Notes: generated from the letters alone by a model not told the origin. A stretch of DNA of 64,000 bases from Eledone cirrhosa (GCA_964016885.1 CAXHJY010000837.1:1-64000), one strand, 5' to 3'. Positions 26,900-40,616 are shown, counted from the stretch's first letter. Numbers and translations are program-made.

Positions 26900-28215
26900 C
26901 ACAGAAAAATGTTTAGAGAATAAATGGATTCAGATTAGGGTCAAAGAGAAGTGTTTATGACTGCAAGTCAATTAATGAGAGAAAGATAAGATGTGACAGG
27001 GGTGAACTGCTTGAAGAACAAAAGGGGAGAATTGTTGTAAATTCAGATGGAATTAAGGAAAGGTGAAGGAGATATAAGGAGAGATTGTTGAATGGGAGTA
27101 TTGAATGGGATGGTAACATAGGGAGCAATCCAGTTCTTAGACTGATGGAGCTAACAGCAGTTGTAGGAGACATACTAAAGGGAGTGGTAAGTTGGGTGTG
27201 AAGGGGATAACAAAGGTTGGTAGGTTGGTGGGGAAAGAAGACCGTATTCCAGCAGATTGGGAGTTAAGTACTCCCATCCGTTTGTACAAGGGGAAGGTGA
27301 TCTGTTAGATTGTAGCTCATATAGAGCAATCAAGCTATTGCATCATGGAATGAAGGTGTTAGAAAGAGTATTAAAGAAGAAGATAAGGAAAAATATGAAG
27401 ATTGATGAAATGAAGTTTAAATTTGTGCCAGAAAATGAATGACATGCATATTTTTATTGTGGAACAGTTACAGGAAACGTACAGAGATTATGAAAAAAAA
27501 TTTTGGGGAGGTTTCTTGATCTGGAGAAAACTTTCAATAGGGTTCTATGTAAAGTAATGACATGGGCATTGTGAGATTGAAGAGTGGAGGAATGGTTGAT
27601 TGGAGTAGTAATGACAATGCATGAGAAAGTGAGCAGTCATAATGATAGAGGATGGAAATAGCAACAAGCTTAAAGTGAAGGTTGGGGTGTATTAAGGCTG
27701 GAGTGTATTAAAGCTGGAGTGTATTATGTTGTGATGGAGATACTGAAGTATAAAAGTAGATTTACTGTGGAGGTCTGGTGTTAATAGCAGAAAGTATGAA
27801 AGGAATGAAGAAGATGAATTGGTGGAAGAAATGTACAGAGGCAAAAGGTATGAAGGTGAATATTGGAATGACAAATGTGATGGCAAGAGGTAAAGCATGT
27901 GGTGAGATGGAAAGAATAAGTAGGTGACTGCATGCAGTGTGCAGGAAAGTTTGAGTGAAGTCCATTAAATGTATAATATGCACAGGTTGGGTACATCGAA
28001 AATGTAGTGATGTGAAGGAATTATTAAACAATGTGGTAACTAGATGTATGGTAAAATATGTTTGAAGGGAGTTACAGATGGAGAGGATGTTGAGCTGGAT
28101 TTGGGGAATAGTGTGAAGACAAAGGTGTGAAAATGTTTTGCTACCTTGGAAGCATTTTCAATAGATCAGACACATTGATATATGCTTAGAAGAAGTTCCA
28201 GGAATTAAGTGGTGA
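26900..28215 (+). mobile_element. Old, highly decayed RTE LINE
   Basis: GEGDLLDCSSYRAIKLLHHGMKVLERV, IDEMKF, DLEKTF and a remnant Cys/His finger. Confidence 0.8.
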
Positions 28216-29188
28216 GTTAATGAGGATTTATAACAAAGTGTTGTAGTTTGCTAGAAGCATTGTGGCATAAGAAATACAAATATAACTGGAAAATAAGTTT
28301 AATTATTAGGATGCCTGACAATGCGTGTGAGATTATAAGTGCCAAGGTAATAAGAATTAGAGAAAATAGAACAAAAGAACTGAGAAAAGAGTGAGAACAG
28401 TAGAATTTTACCTTAGCAATTTTAATGATCACAAATATTTTCAAATTTACCATCCATTATGATGGGGTGCCGTGGGGGTGTTAGAGGGCAATCTAGTTGT
28501 TGATGGCTGGTCGATATAATTTGAATGGATATAAAAACCCCATTAAAGTTTAAATGCTTTGCATGTGTGTGTAGGAAAAAACATGTGTGAATATGTGTAT
28601 GATATATGTATGTGTGTACATGGGTGTAAGTGTGTATGTGTAGTGAGGAATGTAGATTTCAGGGTAAGGGAGCAAAAGGTATGTGTGTGTAGTTGAACTG
28701 CAACATTTCTTTATCTATTTATCTGCTAGATGACTACCAAAAGGTAGTAAGGACTGTGCCTGGTGCTAGTATTGGCCATATCAAACTCGATGACCATTTG
28801 CAGTTATTGAGAAATTTTCATGCTGTTAGCATTAGTTGTGTTGACCCAGGCCAAGGATCGGACGTTCGTTAGAGTAGGCAGCTGGGATGTTGGAATGATG
28901 GCGTAATTAGGTTGGACAAGTTAAATTAGCCATTCTGGCACACTTATTTCCATTCTATTATTGATGGTGAGTTTTAGTCACTTGATCTCAGCATGCCTAT
29001 ACTGCGTTCGGTAACCAAAACGGTGGTGGTTATTTTATTGTCCAGTTTTCCGCATTTGATGATGTATTTGCAGAAGGAAGAGAAGTTGGTGTTAATATGT
29101 TCTTTAATTCAGAGATGTAATAGTGCTGCCGTAGAATTGGTTGCACTTGTCATTCTAACCTATGATATTTATGTTTGTTTCCCCATAG

Positions 29189-29323
29189 GATATTTGATAT
29201 AACAGCATTCACTAGTATTTACATGATACCAGAAACTTTTATTGGAAGTGATTATCAAAACTACTGCGCATTGACTATCACAGAAGTACTAGCCTTGGGA
29301 TTATATATGTTGTTTGTGAAGAG
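29189..29323 (+). CDS. SLC22-like transporter exon (TM7-TM8), open frame
   Basis: Acceptor ccccatag, (W)IFDITAFTSIYMIPETFIGSDYQNYCALTITEVLALGLYMLFVK(R), donor GTTAGT. 135 nt and phase-compatible with the preceding exon (TG|G = Trp). Confidence 0.7.
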
Positions 29324-29451
29324 GTTAGTGTCCATTTTTTTAAAAACATAAATATGTTGTTTTACTGTTTGATCTGGGAGTGGAGGGCAGCATCAACAAC
29401 ACGTCTCCCTATTCCCTCCATAACTCATTGGAGGGAGGAAGCTATGTTTAA

Positions 29452-29659
29452 CCCTTTAGCATTTAAACCGGCTGTATCCGACTAGAATTCTCTTACCTCT
29501 TTCTGCTCAAACTGGCTGTAACTGCTCCTTCATACAGATGTTAAGGTATTGTTCTCAAAATAACTTATATCAAAATCTCATAGATTCGATATTATGTGAG
29601 ATAAAGCCTTTACCACAAAAATACAATAGTAACTATAGAGTAATGTAAATGATAAAGGG
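29452..29659. mobile_element. piggyBac-like MITE
   Basis: TTAA|ccctttagcattt ... aaatgataaaggg|TTAA. Confidence 0.7.
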
Positions 29660-30000
29660 TTAAACCAGATATCTGACACAAATGCTTGCAACAGAGTGGA
29701 TTCCACTAAAGGTACTCAATGAATAGGTTAGGTGATGGATTAAATCTACCATCCAAGTAGGTCACAGCAGGATTTGAATCCAGAATACAAAGAACTGGAA
29801 CAAAAACCACTAATTAATATCTGGTGCTCTAAGTATTCTGATACTCCTCTGCCTTGGACAGTTATTTTATCAACCTCTTATGGATGGAAGACAAAGTTAA
29901 CCTCAATATTGGTTTTAAATCCATAACACACAGAGCTAGAACAAATATCACAATAATTTTGATGCACTCTCTAATGACTCTGTTACTTGCCATATTAACT

Positions 30001-33000
30001 AATAATAATAATAATAATAATAATGGTTTCTTTATTGGCCACAAGGGCTAACATGAAGAAAAACATTACAGATGGCACAGAACGGTACAGGACGATAGAA
30101 AGTGGGTTTTGTGCGTGTAAAAAAGGTTATAACAAGAAGATAGAAATATCAAAAAAATTCAAACAACAACAATTCTCCAATAGGGGGGAAACTTCCGAAG
30201 GTCACTCATGGCGAAAACCACACAAAAGACCACGGCCTCCCTGACCACCAGGGCATGCGCCCTCTCTGTTTTCCACTCCTCAGTCTACAGGCGCATACTC
30301 AGAACGGGCCCGTTCACTCGGACCAGACTCGCCACTTTCACCCACCTTTCAACAAACCTACTAGAAGACAGCATTTGTCTCTCCACCCTGGAGGCACATG
30401 GCTTAGTGATTAGAGCATTGGCCTTGCAATCGAAAGGTTGTGAGTTCAATTCTCAGACCGGGTGATGTGTTGTTTCCTTGAGCAAGACACTTTAATTCAC
30501 ATTGCTCCAGTTTACTCAGCTGTAGAAATGAGATGATAGGGACTGGGGTTCCTATCATTCCACTGCAAAGTGGTTGTGGAGGTGCCACGGCAAAAAAGCA
30601 CCCAGCACTCACTGTAAATGAGGTTGGTGTTAGGAAGGGCATCCAGCTGTAGAAATCAAGCCAGAATCAGTTCCCGTCCCACCCTTGCAAGCAGGGAAAA
30701 GTGGACGTAAAATGATGATATGATGATGACCCTGATTTTCCTCTTCAAGTGAAATTTGAAAAAGTTAATCAGGGATTCGCCGAAGAGGAAAGTGTCCGTC
30801 TTCAATCCTTTCAACCATGTCCACCATACAATCTATTTCGCCATGGCCACCAGGCAGATTAAAACTGCCAGCCCTTCCTCCTTCTTGAAGGAGGACGGCG
30901 GGGCTATCTGCACAATGGACTCAGTCGATAACCGGATCCGTCCTACACGTGACAGCAAATGTTCGACATAGCTCCACAAGTCAGCAATGCTCGGACACTG
31001 AACGAGTGCGTGCACAATGGTTTCGTCGCTCTGTGCGCATCTCAGACAGGTCCGGCTGACGGCACTTCCGTGCCTGTTGAGCTATCTCTAACCGGCAACA
31101 CTCCCCGGTAGCACTGCCAAGCCAGGGATTTCTGGAAGTTGTCCATAGGTCCCGCTCTGAAAGTTCTCTTGAAGAGAGTGAACAGCTGATCGTCTTCGAC
31201 ACCCAGGTTGTCCCCGAGAACGTCGTCACTCTTCCCTTCCACTAGTCCTCTATAGAACGCCGATACTAGATACTATAGAACCACCGATGCTAGTGCCCAG
31301 CTGGTAGAAGGCTGTGAGCGCTTGGAAACATTCCAGCTTCCAAGCGCTATCCCTCGGTCTTTTCCTGATCCAGGACCTCAGCTCCATTAATGAGATGAGC
31401 TGGGGAAAAACACGTCTGGCAAACGGTGACCACACCTGTTCACCGTCAAGGAAGCGCCAGAGATGTCGCAGCCTCAGCACGTGTTTGCGCATCATCAGCC
31501 ACGGCATGCCCAGCCCTCCATGCAACGACTGTTGACAGCAGATGGATCGTCTGACCATGGAAGCACGTCCTTCCATAAAAAGCGGAAGAGGAGGCGCTCC
31601 ATTTTTGTCAGAGTTGGGCCGGGGAAAGGCACAACAGTTAGGCGGTAGCAGATGACAGATGCGATGAACACATTCGCCACAGGGACAGCTTCCTCTCGGC
31701 CCATTTCTGGCTGAGAGAGGCCACCCTGTTCGTCACCTCGCTCCAGTTTTTCTGCAGCTGGAGGTCTGGACCGAACCATACCCGAGCTATTTAACCGGTC
31801 CTTCCGTCCAGCGCCCCACGATGTTGTCGGGCGGCATGGACTTGCCTCTCCAGGTGCCGAGGTGCAAGCTCACTGACTTTTCCTGGTTTAACTTTGCTTC
31901 TGTCACTGCTTCATATTCTTTGAGAGCGCTGCCGAGCATCTGGACATGTCCGGCGCTTGACACCACAACGGTGACGTCGTTGGCATAAGCCGATATGGAT
32001 CTCCCACATCCCAGTTCACGTGGGACGTCTATCATCGCCTCCAATTTGTGCAGTAACGGCTCTAGGGCCAATACGTACAAGAGTGACGAAAGGGGACAAC
32101 CTTGACGGACCGAGCGCGTGATGCTGAACGGCTGTGACAGATAACCGTTCACCTTCATACTGAGCAGATGTCGCTGTGCATCGGAGCCATCCAACCCCTG
32201 AAAATGGGCCCGAAACCAGCTGCCTCGAGGACCGCTGCCAGGTACTGATGGTCGACCCTATCAAATGCCTTAGATTGATCTAAGTTGATCAGGCCCCACC
32301 CTTGCCAGGTTCGTTAACCACCCTCTCTATGATGTATCGCATGAGGTGGAGGTTGTCATGGATGGATCTGTCTGGAATAGCATATGTCTGTGCCTCTCCC
32401 ACCAGATCTCTGACGACAAGCGCCAATCTCGTTGCTAACACCTTGGCCAAAATCTTGAAATGTGTTTAACAGTGTTATGGGCCTGAAGTTGTCTATAACG
32501 TCCCCTTTGTTCGGGTCTTTTCTCAACAGCGCCACCACTCCCCAGCTCACAAAACTGGGAATGTTCCTGTTCTGCTGCCAGTTGCAGTAGACGTCTGCCA
32601 AGAGGTCACCGAACAATTCTGGCATGTACGCATAAAGCTCGTAGGGCAGACCATCCAAACCTGGTGATTTACCCCTCAGGCAGGCAGACATTGCTTCTCG
32701 TATTTCACCTGCTGTTATCGGCTTTTCGCAATACTGCACTGCGGTCGTCGAGAGCTGCGGCAGTCGCTCGAGGTATGCACTGAAGTTCATACTCCAATCT
32801 AGCCGGCCGCCGCTCCCAAACTGTTGAGCAAAGTGCTGCTGAAAAGCCTCACACATCTGCTTGGGTTCGAGTAACATGTGCTTGTTTTGGTCAGGCAAGA
32901 ATTGAATTGTGGCTTTGTTGACACATTGTGCCTCCACTACCCAGGCCCATTGGACAGCTTTTGTCCCTTCTTGTCTCAGAGCACGTGCTCTAGCTCTGAC

Positions 33001-36000
33001 AACGCAGCCTTTGTATTAAAGAATTCCAATCTTGCTGCAAGCACGTCGGTTGTGATGCCTGTCCTAAACGCCTCTTCTAGCTTTCTAACTAGCTCTCCCT
33101 CTACTCTATTTTCCTCTATCTTTACTCCTTTGCTAAACCTTATTGATTCTACTCTAATTGCCCTTTTCAGGGTAAACCACCACTTGTTGACGATCGCACC
33201 CGTCAATACACGCTTATCTAATTCGCTTATCCGGTTTCTGTAAGCTTTGCGCGCTGTGAAAGACGCGTTCAGCTTCCAGTAACCGGGTCCTTGCCTATGA
33301 AGTCTATCTAAGTCGACTTCACAGATCACAAATTTGTGGTCCGAGTAGTAGACTACTTTAAATTGTGGACAACCTATGCTAGCCTTATCTGTTTCCCTAC
33401 ACAATACCCTATCTAGATACAATCTGGATGATCCGATGCGGTTTGCCCATCTCCACATTGGCACATTCGGATAATCCAGTATATCTGTCAGACAGTTGAA
33501 ACGTCTGAGCAGGTTGGTGAGGCTTTTACATCCTCTTCCCTTATTTACTAGCCCCACATAATCCCAGTGTGCATCTAGGATACCGTTCCAGTCACCCACT
33601 AAGACTAAAGAGCGGGATGTTCCAAGAAAGGTCTCTAGACATCTGAAGAAATCTGCTGTCCTGCCCCTATTGGGGCGTAGACGGCTACTAGTCTGAAAGC
33701 ATTGCCTTCACAACTTGTCATGTCCAGTACCACCAACTTACCTTCTGGGTCCAGGAAGATGGCCCGTATGGCGAGATCCAAGCCTCTCCAAAAAAGCACA
33801 GCAACTCCACTCCCTGCTCCTGAATGGCTGGGAGATGCGTATACAACCTAGCCGCCGAAGATCAGTGCAAAGTTTCGTGCTTCGGAGATTCTGGTCTCGC
33901 TGATGGTCACCACATCTATGTTTAGTGACCTGAGATCGTTAAGTAGGTGGCCCTGCTTCCAAGATGACCCCAGGCCACGTACATTTATACTGCCTATTCT
34001 AAGTAAGGCCATGTTGGGTAAGGAATGGAGTAAGTGAGAAGGGATCACCTACCCTGATCGTGTGGGAAAGGGACAGTTGAACCGTCCCTTTGGCTGGTCA
34101 TGGCTGTCTCAGAGAAGATGTCGGTGTATATCCTCTTGGTAACCGATCCTCTGAAGTCTCCAACTGCATTGGGGAATTTTTATTTTAAATGTTTATAATG
34201 TTCTATTTTAATTTTAATAATGTTTATATTTTTCGGGAAAGTTCTTGGTGTTGGTGGGGTGTAGTAATTTTTGTCCTTAATGTCTGTGTGCCTCTTTATA
34301 TATTCTAAGAGTTCTTTATTTGCCAAGTTTATGGCTGTGTAATGTTTTTTGGGGGGTTTGGTTTTGTTGCTGTTTTCTTGTTGCTGCTGTTGGGTATGTT
34401 TGTCTTGTGTTCGCGATGTTGATGTTTATGGTGATGGTGTGGTGGTTGTTGGTGGTGGTGGTGGTGTGGTGGTTGTTGGTGGTGTGGTGGTTGTTGGTGG
34501 TGATGGGGGTGATGGGGGTGGCGTTGCTGTGAGTCACCTTGCAGCCTTTACTACTTTTTGTTTGCCTTCGCTTTTGGAGGGTGAAGCTAAGGGGATTTTT
34601 GATTTGTTTTTTGTGGCAGACCGTTTGCCACTTCACTCCCGCCTCAGACTCCATGTCAGATTCCATGGCGTCTCGGAGGGGTATGTGCTCCATGGCTGTT
34701 GGTGGTGGTAGTGGAGCCCTCTCCGGCGATTTTGTTGCTGGTGCAGTTACTGCAAATGTAGCTACTGCTGTTGCCGCCACTGCTGCTGCTGTTTTAGTTG
34801 TCCGTGGCCTTGGTATGGGTGCCACGGACGTTGCCCTCCTACTCACCGTGGAAGGGTCTTCTGCCTTTGTTGCCTGCCCTGCTCTTGGTAGCAGTGGACA
34901 AGGCATTGGAAGGAGGGGGGGGGGGGGCCTTCACTGTTTTCTGCAGGCAAAAGGCCCTGAGGTGACCCTTTGACCCACAGAGATAACATTTTGGGCGTCT
35001 TCCTTCCACGCTTATATGGATTTGGAGTCCTTCCTTGAGGTCTATGATATCGGGGATAGCCTCAATACACTCCTGGTCAGTTTGTATAAGCATTTGCATG
35101 CCTATACCTGACCAGTTCTCTCTCCCTATTTTCTCTACTTGCAGCATGGTTGTCCTGTCCTCGATTCCAGCAAGGACAGACACGGCCAGCCAAGGTATGG
35201 GCACGTTGGGTGGGACCTGGGTCACTTTGACCCTCACAATTTTCTGCCCACAGTAGGAGGGCACCAAGACTATCTCCTCACTCTTTAGGGTTTCCAAAGA
35301 GTGAGACTTCGCCTCCTGGGGGTGGCAAAAGGTACGTCTATTGTGGCATAATTTCTGCCTCGGGTGATGTGGGTTTTGCGCGCCCAGACACATGCCAATG
35401 CCTTTTGGATTTGAGCCTCTGTGGCTCTCTCCACCTGATGTGATATTTTACTTTGAGTATGGTAAGTCTCCGTCCGTAACTGCTGGTCCTTAAAAACTGG
35501 GTGGAGGTGTCAGGGAAACTCGATTGGCATTTCTTGTCACCATGGCCCTTGCAACTGCCATCTCCTCCTCCGTGACTAACACTGTTTCGATATTTCAGGC
35601 CACACATGCAAAAGAAGTGGCCCCTTTTTCAGCAGCACCACTATTGCTGCCGCTACTGGTCTTACTGGTGGTGCTGAGATGGCTGTTACTGGTATTGATG
35701 TCATTGTTGTTGTTTTCGTTGGTACTGTTGTTGCTGTTGTTTCCGTTGATATTGTTGTTGTTGTTACTGTTATTGTGGCTGTTGTTATTGTCATTGTCTT
35801 TCTCGACCTTACTGCTGTTATTTTTGTTGTTGCTGTTATTGATGGTGTTGTTGTTGGTGTTATTGTTGGTGTTGTTTGTGTTAGAAATATTTGGTAATTT
35901 TAAATCTGTAACAATATCATTAAAAATGATATTGTTCCTCTTTTCCTTCCTAATATTTTCTTTTATATTTACCTTCGGTAGAATGCTGCCTTGTTAACAT

Positions 36001-36048
36001 GTTGACAAAGTCCTTCTCTCTCCGAGTTGTCTGACAGCGCTCCCTCTC
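30001..36048 (-). mobile_element. Near full-length L1/Tx1-clade LINE (ORF1 CCHC; ORF2 APE-RT-zinc finger), decayed
   Basis: ORF1 CYLCGSKGHLRAFC with an Asn/Thr-rich N-terminus. ORF2 LRIGSINVRG, GDWN, SDH, KSPGLDGLP, FRPITLLN, SVRQGCPLS, AYANDV, C-x2-C...ETIVHALVQC. (TTA)n tail at ~30001-30022. Confidence 0.92.
30391..30728 (+). mobile_element. tRNA-derived SINE, family 1, nested in the Tx1 element
   Basis: Full copy with TSD ACCCTG at 30385-30390 and 30729-30734. Confidence 0.92.
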
Positions 36049-36279
36049 TTTTTTGTGTTATACATGTTGAAAGAAATTTTTTAAAAAATAATTTTTTACA
36101 TAATATGACACCCCATAAAGGGGTACCGTATTATTTACGAGTAAACTCCTGTATTAGGTGAGTCATTTCTTCTAAACTTTTATCAAATTTAAAACTTGAA
36201 TAAAAGGTTAAGAACGGTTGAAAACGAGGTATACTGTTGAAAAAAACTGGGCCGATAAGAAGCGTGGCTTCACCTTCAA

Positions 36280-37378
36280 TAATAATAATAATAATAATGA
36301 AATTATTGTGTACAGTGCTCAGGTGCACTACAACTCATCAAAGGTGCATGTATGGTACATAGAATAATATACAAATGTCAGTGAAGTGAATAGTGTATGA
36401 GTCATGATATACATGTGTGCGTGTGTATGGAGGTGTATTAAGTGTAGTATTGGCGAATCTCAGGAAGCATTGAGGTTTTAAAGGGTGCAGTGTCTCGACA
36501 GCTAATAACTGATGCAGGGAGTTTGTTCCATGGAGGTTTTAAAGGATGCAGTGTCTCGACAGCTAACAACTGATACAGGTAGTTTGTTCCATGCTTCAGC
36601 AACTCTGAGCGTGAAAAAACGTTTCCGAAAGTCATGGGAGCTGTGCTGTTTTCTGACTTTGTTGGCATGCCCACGTGTGTTAGGCACATGAAAATCAAAA
36701 AGGTACTCAGGGTTGTTGTTGGCAAGATGGTTTATAATTTTGTGGGTGTTTACCAAGTCAGTTGCCAGATGTCAGAGCTTCAATGTATCCATACTCAGGG
36801 AAGCAAGGCGTTCAGAGTATGATAGATGCCTGATGGAGGGCATTCGCTTGGTTGCACGTCTCAGAACAGTTTGCAGGCGGTCAGTGTTCTGAGCAAGATA
36901 GGGGTTCCAGACTGGTGATGCAAATTCTAAGTGTGGCTGCACCATAGCTATATACAGCTTTAAATAGATAGCTAGAGAGCAGCTGACAAAGGTCTTGCTG
37001 AGTGATGCTAAGACACCGTCAGCCTTCTTGACAATTTTAGAGACGTGCTTCGTCCAACGCAAATCGCTGCTGACAGTAATGCCCAGGTCACGTTCACAAG
37101 AAGACTTCTTGATATTAGTGTTGTGGAGGGAGTATGTGGGCGTTGGGTTTTTACTCCCAAAATGCATGATGGTACACTTGTCCACAGCCAGCTTGAGTTG
37201 CCAGTCTGTGATCCATTGTTGCATTGTGTCCAGGTCAGATTGCAGGCAAGATCTATAGTGTTCAGGATGTTCTTTTTATCTCAAAGTACAGCTTGATGTC
37301 ATCTGCATATTTCACTACTGTGGCATTCTTTAAGTTGGCATCTATGTCATTAATATATGCCACAAACAAAAGGGGCCT
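36280..37378 (-). mobile_element. CR1-type LINE 3' fragment
   Basis: ERDLGI, PHLEFASPVWNPY, RGHANK...FFTLRVAEAWNKLP; (ATT)n tail; ~60 bp internal duplication near the 3' end. Confidence 0.88.
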
Positions 37379-38542
37379 CCTTTTTCTGATCATGAGTGAA
37401 ACTAAGTACACCAGATCATTCCGGACACACTTATCTCCAACAACATCCTAATTTTCACTGACACACTGCCTTGCAATGCGGAACACCGCACGTCTCTGAT
37501 CTTCCTGTCACAGAACATTGGCAAACCTCCTACTCTCAGCCTCCCTGCATGCTAAGTTCACCTGACGCCTAGCTTCTCTCTTAACGACTGTGTATCGGTC
37601 TCTACTCCCACCATTTTTCGAAGCATTCGATGCTAGTCTTTTATCTCTAATGGCCCTATCTACCATGCTGTTCCACCACCAGGTCACTCTCTGTCTGGTC
37701 GAAACCCTGCTCCAGCCACAAGTTTCTTCAGTAGCTTGCAGTAAATTGTTACATAAGAAATTCCAGTTATCATCTATGTCATACGATTCTAAATCGTCTT
37801 CTTTTGCGTCATACACATCTTGAAGGGCTTTCCTAAATTTGTATTTTAGTGAAAGGACTTTTAGCTTCCAGACCTTCCTTTTCCACACCTTCTTGTATGT
37901 CTCATTTTGTCTCTTGCTTATTGAGATGTCACCAACAACTAGCCTAATCTGTGGGGTACATTCTTCCCCGGGATATGCCTTAGTATTTGAAACCATCTAT
38001 CTGTCTCATTGCCTAACTAGCAGGAAGTCAATCTGGCTTATGTGCTCGCCTGATTTTTAAGTTATTAGGTGATTGGTAGGCTTCTTGAAGTTAGTGTTGC
38101 AAATGGTTTGTTCACTTGCATCACAAAATTCAAGAAGCCTCACTCCTTCTTTGTTTCTTGAGACATAACCGTGCCCACCATGTACCCCAGTGTATCCATC
38201 CTGGAGCTGTCCAGCATGACCATTGAAGTCCCCTGCTAGCATAACGATGTCTCTGTCCTCTGTCATTGTGGCTGTGTCTAAAAGTTGCTCATAAAAGCAG
38301 TCTTTCTCCTCTCTACCTAGGCCCGCTTTGGGAGCATAGGTAGAGATGATTGTCAGTAGTCTCTTGCCTACAAATAATCTAATCTTAAGTATTCTATTAC
38401 TGACTCTAACTACCTCTATTGTCTTATCGACCCATCTCTCAGCCAGTAAAATGCTTACCCCACCATCATTACCTACCCACAAAGGTTATAACTAAGATGT
38501 TTGTCAGTGATTAGTCTTGCAGAGGCACCTCTCCATCTCACC
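37379..38542 (-). mobile_element. RTE subfamily B endonuclease-region fragment
   Basis: ORFs 38057-38482 (AGDFNGH) and 37508-37996 (TWWWN). Fused directly to the CR1 fragment. Confidence 0.9.
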
Positions 38543-38592
38543 TTTACGTCCGTTACTCCACGCTAGCATGGGTTTATATATATATATATATA

Positions 38593-39700
38593 TATTAAAA
38601 TAACAGATTAAAGTTTAAGCAAAGAATCGCTGCTTTCACCCTTACTTTGAGGCTTTCAAGTCTATCTAAAAACGAGCATATTTTCACCGACCATTCCACA
38701 TATTAAAATGAAGCTCTTGCTCGGAGTGGATTTGTTGATAAGGTAGCATATACTAAGTATGAGCATCTACCAAGGAAAAATAGATCATGGCGCATTATAT
38801 GGTATAAGGCGGTGGATTGGCAGTATCAGTGGAGGGTCGTACGCCATGCTTTCCAGCATAGTTACGTCCCTTTACGATCTGAGTTCAAATCCCGCCGAGG
38901 TTGACTTTGCCTTTCATCCTTACGAGGTCGATAAAATAAAGTACCAGTAATGCACTGAGTAATTGCTGGCCTTGTGCCCAAAGTAGAAACAATTATATGG
39001 TATAACCCACCATATAATATGGAGGTGGCCACACCATTAGCTAAGATCTTTCTCTCCCTTATTATGAAGCATTTCACCTCAGCACATAAATATAATAAAA
39101 TTTTAAATAGAAATAACATTAACATATCTTATTCTACGACTCCTAAGTTTGCACATAACATCACTGCTTCAAATTTAGCTAAATTACCTAGCCGTAGGAA
39201 CACGTGCAACCCTGTAGCTAGTACTAACTGTAATTGTAGGAATTGGGTTGACTGCCCTCTATCCGGGAAATGCCTCTCCAGTAACATTGTCTACAAATGT
39301 AAGGTCGAAACACCCATATCTAGTAGGGCCTACATAGGGTTAACCGCCAATAGATTCAAGCAGCGTCTTTACATGCACACCCATTCTTTTCTTAACCCTT
39401 TAAGAAGGAATATGACGTCACTTTCAGTTTATATCTGGAGTCTAAAAGACAACCACACCCAATATATGGGTTACACTGGGAGATCCTAGCTAAAGCTAGA
39501 TCGTATAACGGTAATAAAAGACCATGCGATCTTTGCGCCGCTGAAGCCCTGGAAATACTCTACGCCAATGACCACATCTTAAATAAAAAATCTGAGGCGA
39601 TTTCGGCTTGTAAACACAAATTGCATAAATCTTTCCTGTATTACAGCCCCACATTATACCCTAACAGATACTACGAACAATACGCGGATAATTTACGTCT
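38593..39700 (+). mobile_element. Penelope-like element 3' fragment (GIY-YIG endonuclease) with a short terminal piece at its 5' junction
   Basis: IIWYNPPY, CNCR...CPLSGKC, IVYKC...YIGLT...FKQRLYMH, CDLC. 38593-38643 matches 3162-3212. Confidence 0.9.
38808..38991 (+). mobile_element. tRNA-derived SINE, family 2, nested in Penelope
   Basis: Box B GAGTTCAAATCC; 14 bp TSD ATTATATGGTATAA. Removing it restores RIIWYNPPY. Confidence 0.92.
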
Positions 39701-39841
39701 TGATGTGGTAGCTAAATATATTCTATATTATTTTATGTTTATACCATTACTTATTTGTGTAGGTAAGTATACCATACCTGTATGTTTTCTGGAGGTACGT
39801 ATATATGCTTGTATTTGTTATAGGTGTATATATTATATATA

Positions 39842-40616
39842 TTAGCAGAAAAACCACGCTACGGATGGTTTTCTGCTAGCATGTGTAGTGTGTATATTGA
39901 TATTATACACAAATATATATGCATGTAAATATGATACATCAAATAAAATCCTAATTGACAATATACACAGAAATTCAATAAAGTCTATGTTACACAGTCT
40001 TCCGTAATCAGTAATCCATGATATATAAAAAAAAGACGATATTATATATAAACTTATGGGATCGATAAAATAAAATACCAGTAATACACTGGGTAATTAC
40101 TGGCCTTGTGCCAAAAGTAGAAACAATTATATATAAACTACATTAGGAGAAAATTAGTGACGGAAATATATGCGATTATAAGTGTTATAATATAACGGCC
40201 ACTAGCCGGAAGTGTTGACATTTGATAATTTTAAAGAAGTGAATTTAAAGATCTTTAAATAAGCTATAAAATATATTTAATCAACAGCCACGAAATTTAG
40301 CACAAATTATGTAATATTCATTCATTATTTATTCAAAGTAATAGGCCGTGGATTGGCAGTATCGGTAGAGAGTCGGACACCATGCTTTGACGCATAGAGT
40401 TACGTCCCTTAATGAGTTCAAATCCCGCCGAGGTTAACTTTTCCTTTCATCCTTACGGGGTCGATAAAATAAAGTACCAGTAATACACTGGTTAATTGCT
40501 GGCCTTGTGCCAAAAGTAGAAACAATTATTTATTCAAAGTAATCCAACTTATTTTACAAACGGAGTAAAAAAATATATTCTGGACGCAGTCCCGCACTCC
40601 TTTCTTATAGTTAAGA
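39842..40616 (-). mobile_element. Non-autonomous Helitron-like element with two nested SINEs
   Basis: A|TC ... hairpin-CTAA|T. Colinear with 16706-17182 apart from the SINE inserts. Confidence 0.75.
40343..40524 (+). mobile_element. tRNA-derived SINE, family 2
   Basis: 19 bp TSD ATTATTTATTCAAAGTAAT. A 5'-truncated copy at ~40055-40125 has TSD ATTATATATAAACT. Confidence 0.92.

Noticed and set aside
28730-28905. Possible exon after ctgctag
   Set aside because: Ends in LRVGSWDVGMM, an RTE endonuclease N-terminal remnant, and contains stops.
35524-35997. Very hydrophobic 157 aa ORF resembling a membrane protein
   Set aside because: Antisense reading of the (AAC)n-rich Tx1 ORF1 N-terminus.
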